Source: an uncultured Eubacteriales bacterium (GTDB lineage: Bacteria; Bacillota; Clostridia; Oscillospirales; Acutalibacteraceae). From it: 64,000 bases of DNA. Each line of letters begins with the position of its first letter. Positions within the stretch are counted from its first letter, which is position 1. The translations under genes and the position numbers were made by a program. The stretch spans positions 3,827 through 67,826 of the forward strand of contig ONMK01000001.1 in the NCBI GenBank assembly GCA_900318905.1, in the 5' to 3' direction. The notes beneath the pieces were generated by a model that was not told the DNA's origin, searched no databases, and saw only the letters and a program-made list of their open reading frames with translations. Shown here piece after piece: positions 1-9,474 of this stretch.

Positions 1-1
1 A

Positions 2-1093
2 ATCAAGGCTGTCACCGATAAGATAATTGCAGCTTTGCGCTCCTTCTGCCGCCGATTTTGCAAGATATTCGGCGCAAGCTTCCGATTCAAGCGAATCGAC
101 TGCAAGGGCATTGAGCGTAAAGTAGCTGTAGTCGGTGCTGTCGCACTGAGGCACATAGCCGTTGTACCAGATGTCCGACGCGCTGTATTCGCTGTAGGTC
201 GGGGCGATTTTGTGATCCTTTTTGATTTCGTCGGTAGTGACATTAAAGTACAGGTGACTGCCGGCGTCGGTCACCAGGGCGCTTTCGGTATCGTCGCAGT
301 CGTCCCATGTGATGTCGACCTGGTACCATTTTCCGTCAAGCTGAACGCAGTTCCAGATGTGATTGGTATTATCCTCGCCCTCAAAGCCCTGAGCCTGCCC
401 CTGGATAACCCAGCAGTCGACTCCCAGTTTATCGCAGAGCAGCTGGAACGCGCGCGTATAGCCCTCGCACACGGCTTTTCCCTCTACCAGAGCGCCGTAC
501 GCGTTCTGCTCGTTGGCGCGGACGGTATCGCTTTTATGCAGCTCAACCGACTCCTCATCATAGGCGCAGTTTTTTATGATATAATCGTGGGCGTACAGCT
601 CTTTTTCGTATGAGGAAGCTTCATTGGGAGCTTCCTGTAAAGCTGCGCTGACCTTTTCGTCAAGCTTTGCTTTCGCCTGCGCAAGTTTCTCGCCGCTCAG
701 CTTAAAGGTGAGCTGAAGTGTCAGCTTGCCGCCGTCGTTGCTGTAATAATACGGCTCGGTTTCGTCGATCCAGAACACGTCGGGATGATCGTCCTTATAA
801 AGCTCCAACACCTCGCCGGCCTTGTTTTCGTTGTCAAGGTTGTCCGTGGTGAATTCCTCGCTTTCATCTTTATAAACCACGGAATCGATCGCTTCATATA
901 AACGCTGCTCCTCGACGGTTTGGAGCGCCTTGAAGCCGTAGCCTGTGTATTTTTCGGAAAGAGATACAGCGCCGGAGTGTGAAACCGCCTTTGAGGAAGC
1001 CTCGCTGCTGTCATCAAAAATTACCGAACAGCCCGACGCGGTCGCGAGTATCAGCGCCAAGGATGAGATCAGTAATTGTTTTCTCATCTTCAT
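2..1093 (-). CDS. Transglutaminase-like (Cys-His-Asp) lipoprotein, 3' end beyond the window edge
   Basis: Absent from the ORF track because it runs off the edge. Manual translation from ATG 1093 (ATGA overlap with the upstream stop) gives MKMRKQLLISSLALILATASGC (lipobox), then AVCEGYTRAF, NHIWNCV and WYQVDITWDD, which are typical transglutaminase-like core motifs. Confidence 0.8.
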   Translation of the reverse strand, partial: MKMRKQLLISSLALILATASGCSVIFDDSSEASSKAVSHSGAVSLSEKYTGYGFKALQTVEEQRLYEAIDSVVYKDESEEFTTDNLDNENKAGEVLELYKDDHPDVFWIDETEPYYYSNDGGKLTLQLTFKLSGEKLAQAKAKLDEKVSAALQEAPNEASSYEKELYAHDYIIKNCAYDEESVELHKSDTVRANEQNAYGALVEGKAVCEGYTRAFQLLCDKLGVDCWVIQGQAQGFEGEDNTNHIWNCVQLDGKWYQVDITWDDCDDTESALVTDAGSHLYFNVTTDEIKKDHKIAPTYSEYSASDIWYNGYVPQCDSTDYSYFTLNALAVDSLESEACAEYLAKSAAEGAQSCNYLIGDSLD

Positions 1094-2601
1094 ATGCTTT
1101 TCAAAAGTTCTGTAAGCGCCTTTTCGGCGTGTGTAACGTCGGCTTTTGCGCAGTGCCCAAGTACATTGCCGCCTGCTTTTGTAATATAACTGTCTGACGC
1201 GCTTTCAAACGTTACGCTGTCCGAGGAGCCGTCGGCAAAGGTATAAATAATCTCAAACGCATCGGTTCCGCTGCCGCTGTCGGGTTTTACATCGGACATG
1301 ACTATAAGCGAAGCGGCATCATAGAACGCTGTGAAGCTGCCGAGCTCAACGTCTTTTCCGTTGTATGTTACCTCGGTCACCGTCGACTTGGTCTCGCTGC
1401 CCTGATTATCGGTAGTAACGCTTTCGTGGGTTTTAAGCTCAAATTCGTAGGTTCTGCCGCCCGTTTTTACGGTCATGCCCGTAAGCTGAGTCATTTTCGG
1501 GTTCAGCGCGTATTCATAGCAGAGCTTTTCATAGCTTGTTTTAGCCCATGCCGCCTTATCTGCCGCTATTTTATAAACAACCTTTCTTCCGCTCACCATC
1601 AGGTTCACGTTTCCGTCGCCGTCGGGCTTTGAGGCGATAAGCTCGATCGTTTCGTCGGGATATACCGCTTTGACACACGCGTTTGGATTTGACAGTCCAA
1701 AGTCATTTAGCTGAGCGTCCGAGGGGTTGACAGCCCTTACTTCCTCGGCGTACAGTCCGCGTATTCCGCCCGATACAAGGCTGCTTTCATTCTCGTTTGC
1801 AAAGCGGCTGTCGGGCGCGGTCATCGCAAATGACGCGGAATAGTTTTCGTTTGTGTTGGGTACAAGCTCGATTTCCTCGGGGAAGGCTGCGCCCGAAAGC
1901 TTTATTGAGCTTGCGCTGTTGTTTGAGGCGCTGTCGCCCGTTTTGTTTATTGTAAGGCTTATCAAATCGGTAACGCCGTAATCAAACGGCGCGACGGTTT
2001 CGGTGTCGGCTACATATACGGCGTCGCCCGTGCCGAATTTTACATAAGTGCCTGCCTGCTGAGGCGCGTCGTCGCCCACGATTATGATCGCCTTTGTGCT
2101 GTCGCCGTAGCTGACAGTGACGGTTGAGCGGGGCTTGTCAAAGCCGAAGTCGCCCGCCTTGCTTTTGTCGACGGACGCGACCTTTGAGAACATCAGCTTT
2201 GCCGCCGCGCTTGCGATCATATCCGGGTTGCCGGCCTGCAGATCAAAATCCTCATAGCCCTTTACGGTGTACACCGTGGCCTCGCCGCTCGGGGTATTTG
2301 AGATTACGTCAAATGAGCCCTTATTGTTTTCGACATGGATGTTTCTTATATCGGCAGGCTTATACTCCATAAGCTCTCCGCCGCCGTTGTTTTCAACTTT
2401 GCCGTTTTCGTCAAGCTTTACCGCCGCCTGGTGAACGCCGTCGGAGTCGACGCTGCGCGTAAGGCTTGCGCCCTCGTCAAAGGTAGCCGTTTGGGTATCG
2501 CTGTTTCCGCCCTTTGGAGCAAACACAAGAACAAGCACTGCCGCCGCAAGAACAGCGGCGATTGCCGCGCCGATAATAATGCCCTTTTTCTTATTCATCA
2601 C
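1090..2601 (-). CDS. DUF4340-like membrane-anchored extracellular protein
   Basis: 503 aa with an N-terminal TM anchor and repeated FGFDKP/FGLSNP-type motifs; usual position downstream of a GldG-like gene. Confidence 0.7.
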   Translation of the reverse strand: MMNKKKGIIIGAAIAAVLAAAVLVLVFAPKGGNSDTQTATFDEGASLTRSVDSDGVHQAAVKLDENGKVENNGGGELMEYKPADIRNIHVENNKGSFDVISNTPSGEATVYTVKGYEDFDLQAGNPDMIASAAAKLMFSKVASVDKSKAGDFGFDKPRSTVTVSYGDSTKAIIIVGDDAPQQAGTYVKFGTGDAVYVADTETVAPFDYGVTDLISLTINKTGDSASNNSASSIKLSGAAFPEEIELVPNTNENYSASFAMTAPDSRFANENESSLVSGGIRGLYAEEVRAVNPSDAQLNDFGLSNPNACVKAVYPDETIELIASKPDGDGNVNLMVSGRKVVYKIAADKAAWAKTSYEKLCYEYALNPKMTQLTGMTVKTGGRTYEFELKTHESVTTDNQGSETKSTVTEVTYNGKDVELGSFTAFYDAASLIVMSDVKPDSGSGTDAFEIIYTFADGSSDSVTFESASDSYITKAGGNVLGHCAKADVTHAEKALTELLKSI

Positions 2602-4160
2602 TTATTCCTCCTGCGGAGCCAAAGGACGATTCCCGTTACGAGAATAAGCGCGGGTACGGTAATTACAAAGATGATAAGGATCGCGTTTGTGGTACTCGCC
2701 GTCGGCTTGCCCAAGGTGGGCGTCTGCAAAGTCCTACCCTCGATAACTACCGTATTGTCGTCCTTGTCGGCGATAGTGTTCACAACATTCATAAAGTAAG
2801 CGCCGTTGTTAAAGCTGTAGTAATTCATCATCTCGGTGCTGAACATCGAGCTTGAGCTGAACACGATCACGTTTGAGTAAGCGTCATCGCCCGCCTTTGA
2901 ACCCTCGGCGGCGATCGCTATCGGCTCGCCCTTTACATGGCTGCGGATATCAAAGCTCTTGTCGGCGTCGTTGGGGTAAATTCCCGCGCCCTTAGAGGTG
3001 TTTAGCAGCGCGTGAGCCGTATTTGCGTCGGTGATTTCTATGCCTGTGGCAAAGTTTGCTGCCACCGGAACATTTGCGTTTTTGAGGTTTTCGGTATATT
3101 TGTCGCAGTAATCCGTAAGGAAGGTATATACCGAATTGGGGTTCCAGCGGTAATCGTCGTTTGTTTCAAAAACGAAGCCCTTGTTAAGCTCCATGCCCCA
3201 GTCCTTTAGCAGCGCGTCAAGGTTGGGCGTTTTCATATCCTTAAGGTAGGGCGTGGCGTTGGGAACATAAATAAGGGTTTTGCCCTTTTTGCCGCCGTTG
3301 TCGAGCCATGTGCGCAGCTTTTCGGCGGCACTGTCGCTTAAGTCGACCTGAGGAGCGAAAATAAGCACAAACTGAGCGTCCTTATCAAGCTCGCCCGTCA
3401 GAAGCGAGACCTCGTTTACCTGATAGGCGTTATCCGAGAGCAGCTTTGTAAGCTCGTCGTAGCCCGTGTTGCCCTCGCCCGTAGAGGAGTTGTAGCCGCC
3501 CTCGCCTTCGCCGGTCATAACATCGACAATAACGCGCTCGTCGCTTGTTACATACAAAGTTCCCTTGGCGACAGCCTGCTCTATTGTTGTGCCCGTCCAG
3601 CTGTACGCCTGGTAGTAGGCGTAGTAATTCTCGTCATAGGTAAAGCAGTCGGTTATATCAAGCCCCTTGTACTGGTCGCCGCACTCTATCACGCCGACGG
3701 TCTCCTTTGTTTTCCAGTTTATATTCTCATATTTCTTGGCAAAATTCGGGTTCTCGGTCGTGTCGACAAAGTCATATGTAAACCTGCCGTCCGATTTTGC
3801 CTCCATTTTGTCGAGCAGGTTCTTTGCCTGCACAAAATATGTGCCCGAATCAAGGAAGGTCTTTTCGTCGGCGACTATATGGAAGCTGACGTCCTTTTTT
3901 AGATGGCTCATTATCTCAACGGTGTCGTCGTTTAGCTCAAACGCCTTGTTCGAGGTGAAGTCCGCCTTTAAGTCGGGGTACCTGTCAACAAGCAGCCCCA
4001 CAATCACATTTACAAGCACAACGACCGCCACGGCAATAGCGGTTATTGAGATCGCCTGTATCCTGTGGCGCGTTTTGCGCGAGCTCATCGCTTGTTTGAA
4101 TTTGCCGCCTTTTTTTGCGGTTTTATTTTCGAAAGGGGTAACGTCCTTTTTCGCAGTCAT
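2598..4160 (-). CDS. GldG-family ABC transporter auxiliary component
   Basis: 520 aa with N- and C-terminal TM helices, DFTSNKAFEL, LIFAPQVDL and a WLRRRNK end. Confidence 0.8.
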   Translation of the reverse strand: MTAKKDVTPFENKTAKKGGKFKQAMSSRKTRHRIQAISITAIAVAVVVLVNVIVGLLVDRYPDLKADFTSNKAFELNDDTVEIMSHLKKDVSFHIVADEKTFLDSGTYFVQAKNLLDKMEAKSDGRFTYDFVDTTENPNFAKKYENINWKTKETVGVIECGDQYKGLDITDCFTYDENYYAYYQAYSWTGTTIEQAVAKGTLYVTSDERVIVDVMTGEGEGGYNSSTGEGNTGYDELTKLLSDNAYQVNEVSLLTGELDKDAQFVLIFAPQVDLSDSAAEKLRTWLDNGGKKGKTLIYVPNATPYLKDMKTPNLDALLKDWGMELNKGFVFETNDDYRWNPNSVYTFLTDYCDKYTENLKNANVPVAANFATGIEITDANTAHALLNTSKGAGIYPNDADKSFDIRSHVKGEPIAIAAEGSKAGDDAYSNVIVFSSSSMFSTEMMNYYSFNNGAYFMNVVNTIADKDDNTVVIEGRTLQTPTLGKPTASTTNAILIIFVITVPALILVTGIVLWLRRRNK

Positions 4161-4171
4161 ATTATCCCTCC

Positions 4172-4876
4172 TTAATTCCAGCGGCGTCTTTCAAGAACGC
4201 GTGTTGTAAGGAACAAAAACAGTCCCGCCGCGCTCAGGTAGAACACCACGTCAACTATGCTTAAAATGCCGTAGGTAAAGTTTTTATAGTATTCAAGGAA
4301 ATTGATTTTTTCCAGAACAAACGTGATCCACTTTATCGGGATAATGCTGATAAAGTAGTCCATTGTGTCGATAACAAGACCTACGCCCATGCCCACAACA
4401 GCCGCTACTACCATGCTCTCGGTAAGCGATGAAATAAATATATTTATCGCGATAAGCGCCGCTCCCAGCAGGAAAATGCCTATAAGCGTACACAGCACCA
4501 CCGACCACTGCGGCTTTGCGAAAATCGAGATAACTATAGCGTAAATCAGGAAAATCCCGCAGCACAGCGCGTAAATGGTAAGCGCGCCGAAAAACTTGCC
4601 CAAGACGATCTCTGTTAAACTTATGGGAGAAGTCAGCAGCGCCTGGTCGGTTTTCTGCTTTTTTTCCTCGGAAAAGGTTTTCATTGTAAGCACGGGAATA
4701 ATGAACATTACAATGTAAAACATGTTGGCGAATACATAGGAAAGGCTTGTTGAGTCGCCTATGAAACAGTAAAAATAGAAGAAAAAGCCCGAAAAGAAAA
4801 AGTAAACCGCCAAAACGACATACGCTATAGCCGAGTTGAAATAACCCGACAGCTCGCGTTTATATACAGCGCTCAT
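4172..4876 (-). CDS. ABC-2 type permease (GldF-like)
   Basis: MSAVYKRELSGYF start, EEKKQKTDQALLTSP motif, about 6 TM segments. Confidence 0.9.
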   Translation of the reverse strand: MSAVYKRELSGYFNSAIAYVVLAVYFFFSGFFFYFYCFIGDSTSLSYVFANMFYIVMFIIPVLTMKTFSEEKKQKTDQALLTSPISLTEIVLGKFFGALTIYALCCGIFLIYAIVISIFAKPQWSVVLCTLIGIFLLGAALIAINIFISSLTESMVVAAVVGMGVGLVIDTMDYFISIIPIKWITFVLEKINFLEYYKNFTYGILSIVDVVFYLSAAGLFLFLTTRVLERRRWN

Positions 4877-5820
4877 CAGCTTTCTCCCCCTTTCGTTGTA
4901 TCGGTAAGTTTAAGATACAGCTCCTCAAGGCTGTCGTCGCCCGACTTCATTTCAAGAATGGGGCAGTTTATGCGCACCATCGCGTTGAAAACGGAGCGGC
5001 GGATGTCCTCGCCCGATTTGTAGCCGATTATATATTCATTAGCCTTGCCCTGCGCCGCCTGCTTTTTAACGCGGATAACCTCGGGGATTTTATTGAGCTC
5101 CGACGAGATATCCGACGATTTGCCCTCGGCGGTCAAGGTCATTCTGCGATCGTCGCTGAGGACTTCATGCAGCTTATCCGCCTTTGCGTCGGCTATTATC
5201 CTGCCCCCTGAAATTATAATAATGCGGTCGCAGGTAGCGGAGATCTCGCTCAAAACATGCGACGAAAAAATAACCGTGTGCTTTTTGCCCAGGCTCTTTA
5301 TAAGCTTGCGTATCTCAATTATCTGCCTCGGGTCAAGGCCGACGGTCGGCTCGTCGAGGATAATAACGGGCGGATTTCCGAGCAGCGCCTGAGCAAAGCC
5401 CACGCGCTGGCGGTAACCCTTTGACAGGTTCTTGATAAGCCGTTTGCCGTGGTCTGGCAGCCCCACAAGCCTCATTATCTCGTCTATATGCTCGTTTTTG
5501 GGGAGCTTTACACGCTTTAAGTCAAACATAAACTCAAGGTATTTGCGAACCGTCATATCCACATACAGCGGCGGGATCTCGGGCAGATAGCCGATTTTCT
5601 GCTTGGTTTTTTTCGGCTCGGCAAGTATCTCGCAGCCGTCGACGGTAACCGTGCCCTCGTTTGATGATATGTAACCCGTAATGATATTCATTGTGGTGGA
5701 CTTGCCCGCGCCGTTAGGCCCCAAAAAGCCCAGCACCTCGCCGGTATCAACGGTAAAGCTTATGTTGTCAAGCGCCGTTATTTTGCCGTAGCGTTTTGTG
5801 AGGTTCTTGACCTCGATCAT
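4876..5820 (-). CDS. ABC transporter ATP-binding protein (GldA-like)
   Basis: Walker A GPNGAGKS, signature LSKGYRQR, Walker B IILDEP; start placed at ATG 5820 after an AAGGAG RBS. Confidence 0.95.
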   Translation of the reverse strand: MIEVKNLTKRYGKITALDNISFTVDTGEVLGFLGPNGAGKSTTMNIITGYISSNEGTVTVDGCEILAEPKKTKQKIGYLPEIPPLYVDMTVRKYLEFMFDLKRVKLPKNEHIDEIMRLVGLPDHGKRLIKNLSKGYRQRVGFAQALLGNPPVIILDEPTVGLDPRQIIEIRKLIKSLGKKHTVIFSSHVLSEISATCDRIIIISGGRIIADAKADKLHEVLSDDRRMTLTAEGKSSDISSELNKIPEVIRVKKQAAQGKANEYIIGYKSGEDIRRSVFNAMVRINCPILEMKSGDDSLEELYLKLTDTTKGGES

Positions 5821-5995
5821 TCCTGTCACTCCTTTTCGGTTGTTTGTTTAATTTTTTATACCATTTTATATTGTACCATAACCCGAAAGAATTTGCTAGG
5901 TTTTTTTTGTAAAAATTCAGCTTTTCTTCACATTTTTTCACAATGCGGTTTTTTTTGAAATAATCCGGCAAGAATAAAAGAAAAGGAGTGGTTTT

Positions 5996-6349
5996 ATGCA
6001 ATTTTTATACGCCTATATAACGGGCGGACTTATTTGCGTTATAGGTCAGCTGCTTATCGACAAAACCTCGCTGACGCCCGCGCGTATCCTTACGGGCTTT
6101 GTTGTGGCGGGCGTGATCCTGAGTGCGCTGGGGCTTTATCAGCCGCTTTTCGACTTTGCTCAGGAGGGCGCCGCGGTTCCTATTTCCGGATTCGGCAACC
6201 TTATGGCTCAGGGCGTGCGCGACGCTTTAAGGGAGGAAGGCGCGCTGGGAATACTGACAGGCGGCTTAAAAATAGCCTCGGCAGGCGTTGCGGCGGCGAT
6301 ATTTTTTTCGCTTTGCGCCTCATTGGTTGCAAAATCGCGCGATAAGTAA
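5996..6349 (+). CDS. spoVAE: Stage V sporulation protein AE (SpoVAC/SpoVAEb family)
   Basis: GGLICVIGQLLIDKTSLTPARIL and GAAVPISGFGN motifs; AAGGAG RBS. Confidence 0.9.
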   Translation: MQFLYAYITGGLICVIGQLLIDKTSLTPARILTGFVVAGVILSALGLYQPLFDFAQEGAAVPISGFGNLMAQGVRDALREEGALGILTGGLKIASAGVAAAIFFSLCASLVAKSRDK

Positions 6350-6357
6350 GTGTGGGC

Positions 6358-6386
6358 TTGAAATGACAGCCGAAATTTGCTATAAT
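6358..6386 (+). promoter_or_regulatory. sigma-A-like promoter of metG
   Basis: TTGAAA-N17-TATAAT. Confidence 0.65.
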
Positions 6387-6433
6387 ATAAGATAAAGCAA
6401 ATTTTGGCTGAACAAGCCCAAGGAGGACAAATT

Positions 6434-8401
6434 ATGTGTGAGAAAAAACCGTATTATATCACTACCGCGATTGCATATACCTCGCGCAAGCCGCACATCG
6501 GCAACAGCTACGAGATCGTGCTGACCGACGCCATTGCGCGCTATAAAAGAATGCTGGGCTACGACGTGTTTTTCCAGACGGGAACCGACGAGCACGGCCA
6601 GAAAATCGAGATGTACGCGCAGGCTGAGGGCTGCACGCCTAAGGAATACGTCGACAAGGTAGCGGGCGAGATCCGTGATATCTGCGACGTTCTGAACACC
6701 TCTTACGACTACTTTATCCGTACCACCGACGAAAAGCACGAGCGCGTAGTTCAAAAAATCTTTAAGAAGCTGTACGATCAGGGCGATATTTACAAGGGCA
6801 GCTACGAAGGCCTTTACTGCACGCCCTGCGAGAGCTTTTGGACGGAAAGCCAGCTTGTTGACGGCAAATGCCCCGACTGCGGCAGAGAGGTAAAACCCAT
6901 GAAGGAGGAGGCGTATTTCCTGCGCCTTTCAAAGTACCAGAAGCAGCTTGAGGATTTCATTGAGAGCCATCCCGACTTCATTTATCCCGAAAGCCGCAAA
7001 AAGGAGATGCTCAACAACTTTATCAAGCCCGGGCTGCAGGATCTCTGCGTGTCGCGCACCAGCTTTAAGTGGGGCGTTCCCGTTGACTTCGACGACAAGC
7101 ACGTTGTTTATGTATGGATAGACGCGCTTTCAAACTATATCACCTCAATCGGCTACGACCCCGACGGCAGCAGCGAGATGTATAAAAAATACTGGCCTGC
7201 CGACGCGCACATCATCGGCAAGGACATTGTGCGCTTCCACACCATTTACTGGCCTATAATGCTTATGGCGCTGGGCGAGCCGCTTCCCAAGCAGGTTTAC
7301 GGTCACCCGTGGCTGCTGTTCGGTGAGGATAAGATGAGCAAGAGCCGCGGCAATGTTATTTACGCCGACGAGCTTGTCAAGATGATAGGCGTCGACGCGG
7401 TGCGTTATTACCTGCTAAGCGAAATGCCCTTCGCAAACGATGGCTCGATAACTTACGAAACCATTATCGAGCGCTTCAACTCCGACCTTGCCAACACTCT
7501 CGGAAACCTTGTTAACCGCACTATTGCGATGAACAATAAGTATTTCGGCGGAGTTATTCAGGAGCCTGCTGCCGCCGAGCCTCTCGACGACGAATTAAAG
7601 CAGTTTTGCCTTGACACCGTTAAAAAGGTCGACGACGCTATCAACATTTTCCATATCAGCGACGCGCTTGAGGCGGTTATCAACCTCGCCAAGCGCTGCA
7701 ACAAGTACATCGACGAGACCGCTCCGTGGGTGCTCGCCAAAAACGAGGAAACAAAGCCGCGCCTCGGCACGGTACTGTATAACCTGCTCGAGAGCATCCG
7801 CTATATCGCGGTGCTGATACAGCCCTTTATGCCCGACACCAACAAGGCTATTCTTGAGCAGATCTGCAGCGGCGCTGCCGATTACGACAGTCTGTCAGCT
7901 TTCGGAGCTACAAAGCCAGGCACTCAGCTCGGTCAGGCTACTCCCCTGTTTGTAAGGATCGACCCCAAGAAGTTTGAGGAAGATCTTAAGGCTATGCAGG
8001 CCGCCGCGGCAGAGGGCGAAAAGACTATTGAAGAGCTTGAGGAAGCCGAAGATTTGGAGAACATCGCAAAAATCGGCATTGACGACTTTGCCAAGTGCGA
8101 CATCCGCGTTGGTGAGGTAAAGGCCTGCGAGAAGGTCAAAAAGTCCAAAAAGCTGCTTCAGTTCAGCATTTTCGACGGAACGGGCGAGCGCACGATCGTA
8201 AGCGGAATAGCCAAGTACTACAAACCCGAGGAGCTTGTGGGCAAAAAGATCCTGTTTGTTTCAAACCTTAAGCCCGTTAAGCTCTGCGGAATCGAGAGCC
8301 GCGGAATGATCCTCTCGGCGGTTCACGGCGAGGGCGACGACGAGCAGCTTAAGCTGGTTATCGTAGGCGACGATATGCCCGCGGGCTGGAAAATCAGCTA
8401 A
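6434..8401 (+). CDS. metG: Methionine--tRNA ligase with C-terminal tRNA-binding domain
   Basis: YITTAIAY, PHIGN (HIGH-like), zinc knuckle CTPC...CPDC, KMSKS, C-terminal OB-fold; AGGAGG RBS before ATG 6434. Confidence 0.97.
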   Translation: MCEKKPYYITTAIAYTSRKPHIGNSYEIVLTDAIARYKRMLGYDVFFQTGTDEHGQKIEMYAQAEGCTPKEYVDKVAGEIRDICDVLNTSYDYFIRTTDEKHERVVQKIFKKLYDQGDIYKGSYEGLYCTPCESFWTESQLVDGKCPDCGREVKPMKEEAYFLRLSKYQKQLEDFIESHPDFIYPESRKKEMLNNFIKPGLQDLCVSRTSFKWGVPVDFDDKHVVYVWIDALSNYITSIGYDPDGSSEMYKKYWPADAHIIGKDIVRFHTIYWPIMLMALGEPLPKQVYGHPWLLFGEDKMSKSRGNVIYADELVKMIGVDAVRYYLLSEMPFANDGSITYETIIERFNSDLANTLGNLVNRTIAMNNKYFGGVIQEPAAAEPLDDELKQFCLDTVKKVDDAINIFHISDALEAVINLAKRCNKYIDETAPWVLAKNEETKPRLGTVLYNLLESIRYIAVLIQPFMPDTNKAILEQICSGAADYDSLSAFGATKPGTQLGQATPLFVRIDPKKFEEDLKAMQAAAAEGEKTIEELEEAEDLENIAKIGIDDFAKCDIRVGEVKACEKVKKSKKLLQFSIFDGTGERTIVSGIAKYYKPEELVGKKILFVSNLKPVKLCGIESRGMILSAVHGEGDDEQLKLVIVGDDMPAGWKIS

Positions 8402-8618
8402 AAAATTTTAGGGGTACACCAAATGCCGTGTGCCCCTTTTTAAGGCAATACCGCATAATTACGGTGTGCGGATTGCGCAGTAAGATTTTTTGTCAGAGTG
8501 TACCAATAAATCGAGGTAAGGCTGACGCCTTGCCGAGGTTTTTTGAACGGTCTGACGGAATAATATTCAAGCAAGGCGTGCACCGCGAATTGTACGGTGT
8601 TGCCTTAAGGATGATAAT

Positions 8619-9383
8619 ATGAGCTTTTATAATATATTTGACAGCCACGCCCACTATGACGACAGCTGGTTCGACGAGGACAGAGAAGAACTTTTCTCGC
8701 AGCTGCCCGAAAAGGGCGTTTGCGGCGTGGTCAACAACGCCGTTGATTTGGAAAGCTCCGCTCGCGCGATAGCCTTTGCCGAAAAATATCCGTATTTTTA
8801 CGCGGCGGTCGGCTTCCACCCCGAAAACCTGGAAAACATGCCCGGCGACTACCTTGACAGAATCGCGGAGCTTACAAAGCACCCTAAGGTCGTGGCTATC
8901 GGCGAAACGGGCCTGGACTATCACTGGGACATTCCGCGCGAAATCCAACAGCGCGTTTTTGAGGAGCAGATAAAGCTTTCGCTCGACTTAAATATGCCGA
9001 TTGTTGTGCATGACCGAGAGGCTCACGGCGATGTTTTCGCTCTTTTGCGCAAATACAAGCCGAAGGCTTTGGTGCACTGCTTCTCGGGCAGCGTTGAGCT
9101 TATGCGCGAGGCAATGCGGCTTGGCAGCTACATAAGCCTCGGCGGCGTGGTTACATTTAAAAACGCCCGCCACAGTGTTGAAGTGGCAGGCGAGATCCCG
9201 CTTGACAGGCTGCTGCTTGAAACTGACGCTCCGTATATGGCTCCCGTGCCGTTCAGAGGCAAGCGCTGCGACAGCTCGATGATCGTGTACGCGGCGGAAA
9301 AAATAGCGTCTCTGCGCGGACTGGGCGTGCAGGAGCTGCTAAGCATCACCGCTGAAAACGCAAGGCGATTTTACGGGATATAA
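8619..9383 (+). CDS. tatD: TatD family DNase
   Basis: DSHAH, AIGETGLDY, VHDRE, HCFSG and LLETDAPY motifs. Confidence 0.95.
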   Translation: MSFYNIFDSHAHYDDSWFDEDREELFSQLPEKGVCGVVNNAVDLESSARAIAFAEKYPYFYAAVGFHPENLENMPGDYLDRIAELTKHPKVVAIGETGLDYHWDIPREIQQRVFEEQIKLSLDLNMPIVVHDREAHGDVFALLRKYKPKALVHCFSGSVELMREAMRLGSYISLGGVVTFKNARHSVEVAGEIPLDRLLLETDAPYMAPVPFRGKRCDSSMIVYAAEKIASLRGLGVQELLSITAENARRFYGI

Positions 9384-9474
9384 AATATGCTTTTCTCCCC
9401 AAAAACAGACTTTTCTTCAGATAATCTTCAGATTGATCCGTTATAATGTATTCATAACACATGAGGAGATGGCT

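Noticed and set aside
35-613. 192-aa plus-strand ORF
   Set aside because: Antisense shadow of the minus-strand transglutaminase-like gene.
6350-6433. Possible T-box upstream of metG
   Set aside because: The promoter lies under 50 nt from the start codon, leaving no room, and there is no T-box consensus.
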